From positions 64,001-128,000 of IMG/VR virus record IMGVR_UViG_3300027969_000001: a stretch of 64,000 nt of DNA; one strand, 5' to 3'. Below the pieces are notes generated by a model, which was not told the origin of the DNA, ran no database searches, and worked only from the letters and a program-made list of their open reading frames with translations. The position numbers and the translations under genes were made by a program. The DNA comes from a virus. Below, in pieces: positions 28,261-38,476 of the stretch (position 1 is the stretch's first letter; each line of letters begins with the position of its first letter).

Positions 28261-28584
28261 CTATGGGAGGCGTTGTCCACACTTCATGCAAGTCCTAGCC
28301 CACGGATAGTATTTAACGAACTCTACGGGGTGACTACATTCAAGAATATTCTTGGCTTCAGTGTTGAGGGTTTTTCTAATCCACGCAGAAACTGTCAACT
28401 GTTCTTTTAAGGATGCATCTTTCCACCGGTCACGTTCGTAGTCTGTCGTGCGTATAAGTATTTGCTTATCTGCCGGACCATCGTCGTTTTTTACAATCGG
28501 AGCCACAGACATGTCGATATTTTCAGCAACTTTATCCATTGCGGCCCTAATGTTTGAATTAGTTGGCTCTTCTATGTCACTCAT
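28261..28584 (-). CDS. ribbon-helix-helix-like protein with C-terminal Zn ribbon
   Basis: ILIRTT..ER..WK.A......VSAWIR..LN; CSH...CMKCG. Confidence 0.6.
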   Translation of the reverse strand: MSDIEEPTNSNIRAAMDKVAENIDMSVAPIVKNDDGPADKQILIRTTDYERDRWKDASLKEQLTVSAWIRKTLNTEAKNILECSHPVEFVKYYPWARTCMKCGQRLP

Positions 28585-29197
28585 TTTTTTCCTCTTCTAT
28601 CACTTCAGCATCGATGATGTCAGAATCCTTGTCACCCATAAGCAAGCGAACGGTACTTTCTGGCAAAACACCAGAAATAGCCATAAGCTCCAAAAGCTTC
28701 TTGGATTCAGATTCCGAGTCTACTCCAGTTAGTGGCTTCGTAACGCCAGGTTGACCGGCAATGGTAGCCCTAACGGTCTGTGAACCATTTACATCCATCT
28801 GGACGTTAATGTTCGTATGTTCCATTCCCAGCAGTTTTGTTCTGCGGTCCATGATTGACAAGACTTGCTGAATTGCCTTAAGGTCTGGCTCTACCTGTAT
28901 TTCCGTGCCATCGTCTGTGACTACGCGCCTATGCTGGGTTAGTGGCCAAATAGCCTGCTGTAGGTTGTCTAGGCGCTCCAGCTCCATTCTCAAGACCTCG
29001 GGGTAGGCAAGTATTGCCTCTCTGTTCATCTTCTCAAGTTGACGCTGAATAGAGCGAGAGACAGATGACGTTGAAACGCCAAATCTTCTAGCTATCTCGT
29101 TTACGGATGTACCAGCTTGACGCATCTTAAATATGCGCATGTCTCGTTCGCTTAAAAACTCTTTGGTTGTTATCGGCTTTGCTTTGTCGTCACTCAT
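28577..29197 (-). CDS. HTH DNA-binding protein, possibly terminase small subunit-like
   Basis: R.AG.S..EIARRFGVS.SSV HTH; ELERLD...AI..VL.I.DRR.KLLG. Confidence 0.65.
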   Translation of the reverse strand: MSDDKAKPITTKEFLSERDMRIFKMRQAGTSVNEIARRFGVSTSSVSRSIQRQLEKMNREAILAYPEVLRMELERLDNLQQAIWPLTQHRRVVTDDGTEIQVEPDLKAIQQVLSIMDRRTKLLGMEHTNINVQMDVNGSQTVRATIAGQPGVTKPLTGVDSESESKKLLELMAISGVLPESTVRLLMGDKDSDIIDAEVIEEEKNE

Positions 29198-31017
29198 TTA
29201 GATACGTGGTTCCACTCAATTACCTCAAACGGGAATCTTTTCCCACGTCTCATTTTAGTAGGCCAATGCCTCTCATCGCGTGCACCTCTGAAGTGTTTCA
29301 CATCGTACACATACTCACCTAGAGCCGTTGGGTCGGGAGTGAGGGAGATACCGAACTCTGGCCACCTCGACCATACCGCTGAACCAAATGGTCGCAATTC
29401 TCTTGACGTCATGCTTGAGCCCAGTGGGGCGTGATGCTCAATCCATAGAGCACAGCCATACACGACACGAATAGTGTCAAGATACTTGGCTACTTCTAGA
29501 GCTACTGATTCTGAAGTTCTGCCACCTGGGTCAAGGAACGCTTTATAAAGAGGTCCTATCAACAGTATTTGTGGCTTCACGTCTTCAATAGCCTGCTCCA
29601 GTACTGCTCTGTCTGAGGCTTTCATTAGGTCCATGCCGGACGGTTTTGTTAATACGTAGGCGTCAAACCTGTCGGTCCTTGAATACGCCATTGCGTCTTT
29701 GGCAATAGCACGAGAGGTTCGTCTAATAATCTTTTCTGGGTTTTCAAGGTCGACAGTTAATGTCCTAACCCTCGGCATTGGCTGCAACGAAAGGGGATGA
29801 ATCCCGCACGAAGAAAGAATAGCAACCTGTCTAGCAAGCATTGTCTTGCCAACACCTTCGGCTGCTACGACGATTACACGCTCTGACTTTTCTAGCAAAC
29901 CAGGGATAACCCATTCGTAGGATTCGTCATCCGATTCACCCAGGAAGTCGTTCCACTGAACGAGTCTTCCAGTATCTACCGCCCTAGTCATACTGGCAGT
30001 AGCAATAATTAAATTGCTTTTTGCAATCTTTTGAAGAGGGCTTATGTCTTTTCTGTCAAGCAAGTCTTGTAGTTTGGCTAGAGCCATTTCTTCAAGCGAC
30101 TCTTGTTCTTCATCTTCTTCAACTAGTTGATTATTTGTGGATTCTTGAATCCCAACATTCTCTTGCTCTGTAAATCTGTATTCCTCAATAGCAATGAGTT
30201 CATCAAGTTCTCCACCAGCACCAATGTGGTCGGATATGTCTTTTGCTTCTGGACACATCCAAATCTGTGCATCACACCCAGCGTCAATTAATGTTTCAAA
30301 TACTTTCTTAGCGTGAGCAATACCTACTTCATCATGGTCTGCAATTATTTCAATTACAGCACCAGACAAAGCCTCGGTATGAATGTCGAGCCACTTGCCC
30401 GCACCGCCAGGCATTGTTGTTGCTATCTCTCCAAGTGAGGCAAGCGTATTCGCGTCCTTTTCACCTTCTACCAACCAAATGGGAATTCCCTCTTGTTTGG
30501 CTGCCAGAACTAAGGGAAGATTGTAGAGAACTTTCGGTATCTCACCGAGACTGTATTCCCACCCACCGTTTCCATCCGGTTTGCGTTGGCGAAATGTTTT
30601 TTTTCCTTCTTCGTCTATGTAGCGAAGTTTCTGAAATAAAACGTTTCCGTCAGCATCAACATAGTTGTACGTATCTACCAGCGTTGTTTTCAATGCTTGC
30701 TTTGGTGCCTGTGCTGGCTTGTTAATCTTTAAAGGTTTCTCAGTAAGAAAACTTTTAGCAGAAGAAAGAGTATCGTCTCCTGGCATTAAGTCAGACACAT
30801 GTAGTCCAACAGACGCACATATTGCTTCTACGTCACAAGATTGACCACGATGGCAAGTGACCAGTACTCGTCCATCATCCCCTTGCCCAACGGAGAGTGA
30901 AGGGTTTGAGTCGTCGTTTCTGCACGGGCATCTAGCCTGCCAGCCTGAACCAGTCTTGCGAACACCCTCAAGCCGCTGTAAAAAATTTTCTGTTATCTGA
31001 GATGCGATTACTGACAT
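29194..31017 (-). CDS. primase-helicase (Zn finger + TOPRIM + RepA/AAA_25-type helicase)
   Basis: ARCP...D..PSL..CH.G.C; LVEGEKD...ADHD; AAEGVGKT; EHH...RPFGS. Confidence 0.88.
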   Translation of the reverse strand: MSVIASQITENFLQRLEGVRKTGSGWQARCPCRNDDSNPSLSVGQGDDGRVLVTCHRGQSCDVEAICASVGLHVSDLMPGDDTLSSAKSFLTEKPLKINKPAQAPKQALKTTLVDTYNYVDADGNVLFQKLRYIDEEGKKTFRQRKPDGNGGWEYSLGEIPKVLYNLPLVLAAKQEGIPIWLVEGEKDANTLASLGEIATTMPGGAGKWLDIHTEALSGAVIEIIADHDEVGIAHAKKVFETLIDAGCDAQIWMCPEAKDISDHIGAGGELDELIAIEEYRFTEQENVGIQESTNNQLVEEDEEQESLEEMALAKLQDLLDRKDISPLQKIAKSNLIIATASMTRAVDTGRLVQWNDFLGESDDESYEWVIPGLLEKSERVIVVAAEGVGKTMLARQVAILSSCGIHPLSLQPMPRVRTLTVDLENPEKIIRRTSRAIAKDAMAYSRTDRFDAYVLTKPSGMDLMKASDRAVLEQAIEDVKPQILLIGPLYKAFLDPGGRTSESVALEVAKYLDTIRVVYGCALWIEHHAPLGSSMTSRELRPFGSAVWSRWPEFGISLTPDPTALGEYVYDVKHFRGARDERHWPTKMRRGKRFPFEVIEWNHVSK

Positions 31018-31035
31018 TTAGCAGGCCTGTCGTGG

Positions 31036-31365
31036 TTAGTTTGGCAAAAGAATGTTGATTGGTTCTCGCGGTACTACGAAAATATTTAAGCGCCGACGCA
31101 TTGTTTGTCTTTCACGTTCAGTCATCCCGCCCCATATCCCGAAGTGCTCATGATACAGGCCGTATGAAAGACATTCTTCCTTAACGTGACAGTCGGAACA
31201 TATTTGTAAAGCAATACCGGTATTCATTCTGGCTTTTCTGTAGTTATCAGAAAAATTTCCTGGCTGAGTTTTATCAGCGTGTGGATACCAGATGTTTGGG
31301 TTAAGACCTTTGCAATCACCATCTCTTGGTGGTGTGTCAACTCTTTGCATCTTTTCCCCGTTCAA
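31036..31365 (-). CDS. whiB: WhiB-family Fe-S transcription factor
   Basis: C...ICSDCHVKEECL...GIWGGMTERER. Confidence 0.93.
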   Translation of the reverse strand: MNGEKMQRVDTPPRDGDCKGLNPNIWYPHADKTQPGNFSDNYRKARMNTGIALQICSDCHVKEECLSYGLYHEHFGIWGGMTERERQTMRRRLNIFVVPREPINILLPN

Positions 31366-31382
31366 GTAGTTAACGAAGAATA

Positions 31383-31793
31383 CTATCTTGCGTCAGACAG
31401 TCTTGCTACGTCGATTGAAGAAAGATATATCGTTGCGCTGCGTATAACAAGTTGACCATCAATGTCTTGAGCTTTTATGTCTACGGCGTCTTGTGATATG
31501 TTGAACTTTGCTGCTATAGAAGCACGTGTTTGTTCTATGTGTAATTCTTCGTCAATCAATGTTGATTCGTAATATCTAGGAATCTTTGTATTTGCTAAAG
31601 CTTTTAACTCTGTGTCTTTTTCGCTTGCGCGTAGGCACCATGCACAAGCTAAAACTTTTGTTGTTGCTGCTCTTTTACGAGACTCAACATGACCGCAAGA
31701 AAGTCTATGAAGATAAACAAAATGACCCCATCTGCCGGTCTTCGATATTTCAATTATCTCCCTACGGGGAGCACGTCTGTGGTCGGTGGTCAT
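31383..31793 (-). CDS. hypothetical protein (LSCGH...CAWC)
   Basis: ORF track. Confidence 0.65.
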   Translation of the reverse strand: MTTDHRRAPRREIIEISKTGRWGHFVYLHRLSCGHVESRKRAATTKVLACAWCLRASEKDTELKALANTKIPRYYESTLIDEELHIEQTRASIAAKFNISQDAVDIKAQDIDGQLVIRSATIYLSSIDVARLSDAR

Positions 31794-31822
31794 TTAACCA
31801 CAATACATCAATAAGTCAATGC

Positions 31823-32161
31823 TTATTTGAGGCGAAGAATCTTACGAATCCAGCTTTTCTTCTTTTTTACTTCAGAAGCAAATGTGACGTTAATTTTCTC
31901 AACTACATCGTCAACCTCGTCAAAAAAGATTCGAACTACTTCTTCTTTAACAGGGTCTGCCAAAGTAATTAATTCGTCGTCAAACTCAACAGCAATCGCT
32001 GTGGCTGATTTCTTTTTAGGAGCGGTCTTAGCAGCGGCAGCTTTTTTCGCCGGAGCTGGTTTAGGGGAACTCTTTTTTGGAGCAGCCTTTTTTGAAGTTG
32101 TTGCCTTTTTGGCGACCTGCTTCTTTGGGGATGTTTTCTGTGTGGTTTTTTTCTGAGCCAT
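31823..32161 (-). CDS. Lys/Ala/Pro-rich histone H1-like protein
   Basis: KKAAPKKSSPKPAPAKKAAAAK repeats. Confidence 0.65.
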   Translation of the reverse strand: MAQKKTTQKTSPKKQVAKKATTSKKAAPKKSSPKPAPAKKAAAAKTAPKKKSATAIAVEFDDELITLADPVKEEVVRIFFDEVDDVVEKINVTFASEVKKKKSWIRKILRLK

Positions 32162-32250
32162 GGGGAATACTCTAATACACCGGTATGTCGTCATGGCGGA
32201 ACCAATAACTCTTTACGGCCTGAAGTGCATGCATTGCTTAGTATCTAGGG

Positions 32251-32883
32251 ATGGAAGAGCATGTAAATGATATTAGTAAAATGGCACTTGCTCTCACCTC
32301 TGCCCAAATGGCAAAGGATTTGGCAATTTCTGAATTTGGTCTGGGCGAAGACGTTTCTATGCACTTTATGTCCTGGGACGACTCGTATTTAAGGGCTATT
32401 TGTCAAATGGGCGAGGCCCTGTCCAAGAAAAGCCCTGAAGAACGATTTATTCAAGCCAGAAGTCTTTGTTTAATTCTACGCAAATACTGGTGGTCAACGG
32501 CCATTACTATGGTTTCTGAAGGGTACTGCTCGCTAGATAACGAGAAAACCAAGGGAATGGACCTCTCTGTGGCTTTTGCCGACGCCGCACTGCCTGTATA
32601 CGAATGCATAACCGTCAGTCATGTTGGCTCAGACGAGGATGGCAACGTACTGCCGATATCCATGGTTGCAGCCCCTTACAAGGTTGGTCTTGGGAGGAAG
32701 GTCACGTGGAACGAAGTTCTCGTATATCCAGAAATAGCCGAGAACTACATAAAACAGACAAAATACCCAACAATGCTTAAAAACGTCATGTTTGAAGACG
32801 TGGAGGAAGTGGCTAATCCGGCTGTACTGACTGACATGAGGCAGGAAATCGCATCCCTAGGTTTCCTTATGCAAGAATTTTAA
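32251..32883 (+). CDS. hypothetical protein
   Basis: 210-aa ORF. Confidence 0.7.
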   Translation: MEEHVNDISKMALALTSAQMAKDLAISEFGLGEDVSMHFMSWDDSYLRAICQMGEALSKKSPEERFIQARSLCLILRKYWWSTAITMVSEGYCSLDNEKTKGMDLSVAFADAALPVYECITVSHVGSDEDGNVLPISMVAAPYKVGLGRKVTWNEVLVYPEIAENYIKQTKYPTMLKNVMFEDVEEVANPAVLTDMRQEIASLGFLMQEF

Positions 32884-32897
32884 ATATACACTTAATT

Positions 32898-33227
32898 ATG
32901 AGCGCATTTTATAATACTGAATCATTTCAGGAAGACCATCTTTTCAGGAATTCTTCCGATGGAATAAGAATTACAAGAGCGGATAGGTCCCCGTGTCCGG
33001 TGTGTGGGCATCCAACCGGAGACTGTGTTGGGGACAGCGGACCGCCAACAATAATATTCGGATACGACACGCATTCAACGCTTGATGATAAAACAACGTT
33101 CTTAATTACTGAAGACATTTTTGACGAAGTTGAGATAGCTCCAGGAATAAAAACGCGACTACTTATCCACAGGAAGGGAAAAACAATTCCTTTTGAAAAA
33201 GCCGTAGAGCTAGGTCTCGTAGATTAA
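32898..33227 (+). CDS. hypothetical protein (CPVCGHPTGDC)
   Basis: ORF track. Confidence 0.65.
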   Translation: MSAFYNTESFQEDHLFRNSSDGIRITRADRSPCPVCGHPTGDCVGDSGPPTIIFGYDTHSTLDDKTTFLITEDIFDEVEIAPGIKTRLLIHRKGKTIPFEKAVELGLVD

Positions 33228-33323
33228 ATAATTACGTCGACGCTAGACCTTTTCATTATTCATTCCTGCGCTACACTCTATCCCTACACCTCATCAACGA
33301 TGAACTAGACGATAGGAATTAAG

Positions 33324-35249
33324 ATGCCATTTATTGACGACGCTTTCGTTAATGCTTACGCAGTAAAGCAAGCCCCATGGGGCTTTAACGGTATGGGGGA
33401 GATTGTTTTTCTTCGTACATATAGTCGCAAGAAAGATAACGGGAACATTGAAACATGGCCTGAAACAATTCAGAGAGTAATCAATGGCGCTCTTGAAATA
33501 GGTGTTCCGTATACGCAGGAACAAGCAGAAGAACTGTTTGACCATATGTTTAATTTACGTTGCTCCATGAGTGGTCGCGCGCTATGGCAACTCGGTACGC
33601 CAATGGTTTCTAAGTTTGGTGGAGCTTCACTCAATAACTGCTACTTCACTAATATTGAAAAAGTTGAAGACTTCGAACTTCTTTTCGACTACTTAATGCT
33701 TGGCGGTGGCGTTGGCTTTTCCGTTGAACGCTCCAAGATTCACGACTTGCCAAAAGTTAAGGGTGGCGTAGTCATTACTCAAGAACGTTCTAATGATGCT
33801 GACATCATTGTCCCAGATAGCCGTCAAGGGTGGCGTAGACTTTTGCACAGTGTTCTTAAGTCGTACTTCGATACGGGGAGAAGCTTTTCTTACTCAACAA
33901 TCTTGATTCGCGAATACGGCGCTCCACTTAAAGCTTTCGGTGGTACGGCAAGCGGTCCTGGTGCGCTGATTGACGGTATTGCTGATATTTGCAAAGTAAT
34001 GGATAACCGTGTAGGAAAGAAGCTTAGGTCTGTAGATGTTTTGGATATTTGCAACATTATTGGTCGCATTGTTGTTTCCGGCTCGTCACGTCGGTCCGCG
34101 CAAATAGCAATGGGTGACCCTGATGATGTCCTTTTTCTTCGTGCAAAGAATTGGTCATCAGGAAGTGTTCCTGCATGGAGAGCAAACAGCAACAACTCGC
34201 TCTATGCGGATGGTTACGATGAACTGAGCACTGAACTGTGGAAGGGCTACGACGGTTCTGGAGAGCCTTACGGCTTGGTGAACAGAAAGCTCGCCCGTAC
34301 CTATGGTCGCCTTGGCGAGCGCCGTGTCGATAATTCTATTGAGGGTTTTAATCCATGTGCAGAGATTGCTCTTGCTGACGGAGAGTCGTGCAACCTTGCA
34401 ACAATATTCTTGCCCAATATTGAATCGTTGGCGCAGTTCTTGTCAATATCAAAACTTCTCTACATGGCACAGAAGCAGATAACGCGTCTTGCTTACCCAT
34501 ACGAGAAGACCACGAATATTGTGCGTCAGAATGCTCGTCTTGGACAGAGCGTAACTGGAGTTCTTCAGTCAACAGAAAAACAAGTTTCTTGGTTGTCTCA
34601 GGCATATGAACACCTTCGTCAGTTTGACGCTGAGTATTCAGCCGAGCACGGATTCCCGCAGTCCATCAGAATGACCACCGTACAGCCCTCTGGGACGCTC
34701 TCCCTGCTGCCTGGAGTAACGCCGGGCATACATCCGGCATTCGCCCCTTATTATGTCCGTAGAGTGCGTTTTGGCTCCAATGACCCGCTTATTGACGCCT
34801 GCCGCAAGCGTGGCTACAAGGTTCAGTGGGATATCGGTTTGGACGGTCGCGAAGACCACACCAGACAGGTCATCGACTTCCCATGCATGTCACCAGAAGG
34901 CTCAATTTTGGCCAAGGACATGACCGCAGTTGAACAGCTTGAATGGGTGAAAAAGATGCAGACAGATTGGGCAGACAATGCCGTATCTGTAACCGTCTAT
35001 TACCGTAAGGAAGAGCTGGAAGAAATCAAGACATGGTTGTCAAAGAATTACGACAAGAGCGTTAAGTCAGTTTCATTCTTGCTTCACTCGGACCATAACT
35101 TCGTACTCCCTCCATACGAGGAAATAACAAAAGAAGCGTACGAGAAGCTTGTAGCAAAGATTGACTTCACTATTCCTTTGGTTCAAAATAGTTTTGAAGG
35201 AACCGTAGACCTTGAAGATTGTGCAACTGGTGCTTGTCCGATAAAGTAG
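33324..35249 (+). CDS. nrdJ: class II (adenosylcobalamin-dependent) ribonucleotide reductase
   Basis: RTYSR, LNNC, GGGVG, RRSAQI, NPCAEI, ESCNL, QPSGT, C-terminal CATGACP. Confidence 0.93.
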   Translation: MPFIDDAFVNAYAVKQAPWGFNGMGEIVFLRTYSRKKDNGNIETWPETIQRVINGALEIGVPYTQEQAEELFDHMFNLRCSMSGRALWQLGTPMVSKFGGASLNNCYFTNIEKVEDFELLFDYLMLGGGVGFSVERSKIHDLPKVKGGVVITQERSNDADIIVPDSRQGWRRLLHSVLKSYFDTGRSFSYSTILIREYGAPLKAFGGTASGPGALIDGIADICKVMDNRVGKKLRSVDVLDICNIIGRIVVSGSSRRSAQIAMGDPDDVLFLRAKNWSSGSVPAWRANSNNSLYADGYDELSTELWKGYDGSGEPYGLVNRKLARTYGRLGERRVDNSIEGFNPCAEIALADGESCNLATIFLPNIESLAQFLSISKLLYMAQKQITRLAYPYEKTTNIVRQNARLGQSVTGVLQSTEKQVSWLSQAYEHLRQFDAEYSAEHGFPQSIRMTTVQPSGTLSLLPGVTPGIHPAFAPYYVRRVRFGSNDPLIDACRKRGYKVQWDIGLDGREDHTRQVIDFPCMSPEGSILAKDMTAVEQLEWVKKMQTDWADNAVSVTVYYRKEELEEIKTWLSKNYDKSVKSVSFLLHSDHNFVLPPYEEITKEAYEKLVAKIDFTIPLVQNSFEGTVDLEDCATGACPIK

Positions 35250-35253
35250 TGGC

Positions 35254-35883
35254 ATGGCAGGAAGAAAACCAATCCCAGAAGAAGAACGTTTTTGGGAGAA
35301 AGTAGATAAATCCGGACCTAATCCAGATTTTCCGGATTGCTGGGAATGGACTGCGAACAGGGTGAAAACATATGGTATGTTTTCGTGCAAGCGAAATGGA
35401 ATAAATAAAAAAGTCCAAACGCATAAATACATTTGGGAAAAACTAAATGGCACTGTTCCTGAGGGGTTGGAAGTTTGCCATCTTTGCAATAACCCACCAT
35501 GCGTTCGCCCTGACCATCTTGAGGTTGGAACTCGCTCCCATAATCAACGTTATTCAGTTGTGCACGGGAACCATAAGGAAAGCAGAAAAACACACTGCAA
35601 ACACGGGCATCTCTACGATGAAGAAAACACAATTCACAAAATCAGTAAACGTACCGGTTTTTACACACGAGATTGTAAGGCTTGCCACAAGAGGTGGAAG
35701 AAAGAGCGCTTTGCGCGCAGGCGTGAGGAAAAGGGAATAGAGCCTAAAAAACCAAACCACTGCAGAAAAGGTCACGACTTTGGTGTTTACGGGGAAAAGT
35801 GGTACGTGAAAAAAAGCGGACGAAAGTATCGGACGTGCGCGGAGTGCATGCGAATCAGAAATGAAAAGAAAAAAAATGGCTAA
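35254..35883 (+). CDS. HNH homing endonuclease with two CxxGH Zn modules
   Basis: RFWEKV...CWEW; HLCNNPPCVRPDHL...N; THCKHGH; NHCRKGH. Confidence 0.9.
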   Translation: MAGRKPIPEEERFWEKVDKSGPNPDFPDCWEWTANRVKTYGMFSCKRNGINKKVQTHKYIWEKLNGTVPEGLEVCHLCNNPPCVRPDHLEVGTRSHNQRYSVVHGNHKESRKTHCKHGHLYDEENTIHKISKRTGFYTRDCKACHKRWKKERFARRREEKGIEPKKPNHCRKGHDFGVYGEKWYVKKSGRKYRTCAECMRIRNEKKKNG

Positions 35884-36436
35884 GAACTTGCCGCTCATTG
35901 AAAGATTTTTCCAGAAGGTCGATAAGTCTGGTAGCGAGGCGTATCCGGATTGCTGGATTTGGAAAGGCGGAAGGACGAGCAAGGATTATGGCTCTTTCAA
36001 GTACTATCAAGACAGGCCGGCGATTGGGTCGCATGTTTCAAGTCACCTATTCCATATAGGGGAAGTACCAAAAGGAATGCTTGTCTGTCACCATTGTGAT
36101 AATCCACCGTGCGTTAATCCTAAACATCTTTTTCTAGATACGAATTCAGGAAACATGAAGGATATGTTTAAAAAAGGAAGAAATGGCTCTTCTACAAAAA
36201 AACAAACTCACTGTAAAAAAGGTCATTCTTTTGAGGAGTTTGAGCCTCTTGTTTACATCAAGAAGCAGGGCAGGCAAATTGGTGAAGAATACAGAACCTG
36301 CAGGGAATGCAAGCGCATCAATGACTCAAAAAGAAGAGGGAAGAACCTTGAATACATGCGCGAGTACAATCTTAAAAATAAAGATAAATTGAACGAACAG
36401 CAGAGAAACCTGTATCATGCTCGAAAGAGTAAATAA
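35876..36436 (+). CDS. HNH homing endonuclease (paralog of the upstream gene)
   Basis: RFFQKVDKSG...CWIW; HHCDNPPCVNPKHL...N; THCKKGH. Confidence 0.9.
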   Translation: MAKNLPLIERFFQKVDKSGSEAYPDCWIWKGGRTSKDYGSFKYYQDRPAIGSHVSSHLFHIGEVPKGMLVCHHCDNPPCVNPKHLFLDTNSGNMKDMFKKGRNGSSTKKQTHCKKGHSFEEFEPLVYIKKQGRQIGEEYRTCRECKRINDSKRRGKNLEYMREYNLKNKDKLNEQQRNLYHARKSK

Positions 36437-36444
36437 ATCATCTA

Positions 36445-36516
36445 GCCTTTATAGTTAAATGGATATAACAAGAAACTTCTAATTTCTCGTTCTAGGTTCG
36501 ATTCCTAGTGGAGGCA
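36445..36516 (+). tRNA. tRNA-Arg(TCT)
   Basis: AGAAA-CT-TCT-AA-TTTCT anticodon arm; GGTTCGATTCC. Confidence 0.85.
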
Positions 36517-36598
36517 CGTAATGTGGTGCTAGAATGCTCCACACGGGGGACTGCGTGTATAACGCGTCTTAAACGACACTGTGGTGTGCCCTGTTATT

Positions 36599-36675
36599 TG
36601 GCAAGTAGCTCAGTTTGGCAGAGCAAGGGACTGTTAATCCCTGGGTCGTAGGTTCGAGCCCTACCTTGCCAGCCA
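36599..36675 (+). tRNA. tRNA-Asn(GTT)
   Basis: TGGCAAG/CTTGCCA acceptor; AGGGA-CT-GTT-AA-TCCCT; encoded CCA. Confidence 0.93.
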
Positions 36676-36700
36676 GCACAAAAGAGAGGCAGTAACGTCA

Positions 36701-37066
36701 ATGAGAGAAATAGGAAAAGATGAGTCGTTTTCTCACATCCTTGAGCGGTTTAGTGAAGAAAATACTTGGGTACATATCGACTGTTTCCCAGGCTGGGCTG
36801 GATTAATTTTGGACACCGATGCGCAATTGGCCAAGATTGACCCAGACTATAAGGTTTTGCAGATAAAACAAAAGTTTGGTCGTCTTCGCTATTACTTTAA
36901 GCCATCAAAAGATTCACTGCTTCCTAAAATGAATAGAGTTACAGTGAAGGCTGAGTCGATTTCAGGTGGCGTATGTGAGATTTGTGGAGCACGTGGGCAG
37001 GTCCAAAATCTTGGTGGTTCTTTATTTGTTCAGGCTTTGTGCATGAAACACAAGTTCGGTTATTAA
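36701..37066 (+). CDS. conserved phage hypothetical protein
   Basis: GW..L...QIKQKFG.LRYY...CEICG..G. Confidence 0.75.
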   Translation: MREIGKDESFSHILERFSEENTWVHIDCFPGWAGLILDTDAQLAKIDPDYKVLQIKQKFGRLRYYFKPSKDSLLPKMNRVTVKAESISGGVCEICGARGQVQNLGGSLFVQALCMKHKFGY

Positions 37067-37602
37067 AATCTATTAGCTTTTTGTATGCCGAGGCTTGCGC
37101 GAAGTTGCCATGCCCATTTTTGGGATGAATCAATTCTTTCTGCAATGAAGTTTGCAACACCCTGCTCGTTCATGTCATTGGCTATTGTGAAAACTTCTTT
37201 AAGCTCCATAATGTGTTCATTAATAGCTTTAAGCAATTCGGTACTCATTTCTTGTGGTGAGTCACCTTCTGAGATATCAAACTCCTCAATGGTTTTCATC
37301 TGAGCAAATCTTGACATATGAAATGGTGCATCATAACCAAGCTTGAGAATTAATTCAGCAGTTGGGTCTACTGCTCCAAAGAAGTCTTCATAGATGTTTG
37401 CATATAGCTCATGATATTGCGGGAAGTCTGGTCCTTTTACGTTCCAGTGAATACCATGCGTCTCGTGGTACAGGGTAAAAGTATTAGCCAAAAGTACCCC
37501 TAGCGCCGCAATCAATGGGTTAGCCCCAGTTGTGCGCTTGTTGTCTTGTATCTTGTCTTGAATCATTTGCAGTTCTTCGTAGAGATTATCTTCAGCAGCC
37601 AT
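37063..37602 (-). CDS. dps: Dps/ferritin-like DNA protection protein
   Basis: HWNVKGPDF..YH..Y; D..AE; K..WQL. Confidence 0.9.
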   Translation of the reverse strand: MAAEDNLYEELQMIQDKIQDNKRTTGANPLIAALGVLLANTFTLYHETHGIHWNVKGPDFPQYHELYANIYEDFFGAVDPTAELILKLGYDAPFHMSRFAQMKTIEEFDISEGDSPQEMSTELLKAINEHIMELKEVFTIANDMNEQGVANFIAERIDSSQKWAWQLRASLGIQKANRF

Positions 37603-37607
37603 GGCTA

Positions 37608-38072
37608 TTATTTTCCTTCTTTTTCTTTACCGTCAGTGAGTGTTGGTCCACCAACAACCCATGCATCACATGTTCTTTCAGAGTGGCACTTAAAGTCAAA
37701 TGCTTCACAGTATCCAATTTTACCAGCATCGATAATGTCCCATGCGGCACCTGATTCATTTCCAAGTGCGCTATCAATACATTCAAGTATTCTTGGTGAG
37801 CGAACAAATAGAATGCAGTTCCCACAAAGAGACTTTTTAGCATCTTCTTCAGATACTGACCATCTCTTTGCTTTCTTTGGCCAGAATGCAGCATCAGGTT
37901 CTTTTGGATTCATCGGTCCGTAAGCTGCTGTGTCTATGGCATTTTGACGGTTTTTAATATTTACGGCAATACTTTGTGTTGCTGGAGGACAATTGTTTGG
38001 GTCTGCTTTTGTTTCAAACCTAAACCCCTTAATCTCTCCGCTGTAGTTGCCCCATGTCTGTCCCGTGGTCAT
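37608..38072 (-). CDS. Cys-rich phage protein
   Basis: CPPATQ...YGPMNP...CGNC...GYC..FDFKC...RTCDAW. Confidence 0.7.
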   Translation of the reverse strand: MTTGQTWGNYSGEIKGFRFETKADPNNCPPATQSIAVNIKNRQNAIDTAAYGPMNPKEPDAAFWPKKAKRWSVSEEDAKKSLCGNCILFVRSPRILECIDSALGNESGAAWDIIDAGKIGYCEAFDFKCHSERTCDAWVVGGPTLTDGKEKEGK

Positions 38073-38476
38073 TTTGTTTCCTTCTTGAATTCGGTCCAAG
38101 TTTTATCGCCTATACCAAAGTACTCGCGAGCATATCCTGATTGGATAATATCTTTATTTAAACAGGCCGTAGAAGGGTCTTCTATTTGGTCTGAAGAAAA
38201 TATGCGGGCAAGAATTCTTCCGTATTTATCATTCTTGTCTGGGATTGTGTTTACAAATACCCACTTGTGGTTTGTAAGCCAGTCTTCCGTGAAATGCTTA
38301 GCTTTGAGGCCCATTTCTTTTTCTGCTAAATCTTTTGTTCGTGATTCAGGAGTATTAACTCCATAAAGACGAACACGTATTTTGTGATGAACGTTGAAAC
38401 CAAGGTCAACCATTAACTCTATGGTGTCGCCGTCTATAACCTTAAGAAGGGTTGCTCCGTACCAGAAACGTTCCAT
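38069..38476 (-). CDS. thermonuclease (SNase family)
   Basis: VIDGDTI, VRLYGVNTPE, DKYGRILA. Confidence 0.92.
   Translation of the reverse strand: MERFWYGATLLKVIDGDTIELMVDLGFNVHHKIRVRLYGVNTPESRTKDLAEKEMGLKAKHFTEDWLTNHKWVFVNTIPDKNDKYGRILARIFSSDQIEDPSTACLNKDIIQSGYAREYFGIGDKTWTEFKKETK

Noticed and set aside
33324-35249. Intein or intron in nrdJ, or canonical inteins in the giant proteins
   Set aside because: The RNR is of normal length and continuous; I saw no intein-like C/S...HN-C/S/T ends with LAGLIDADG blocks at the SSG sites
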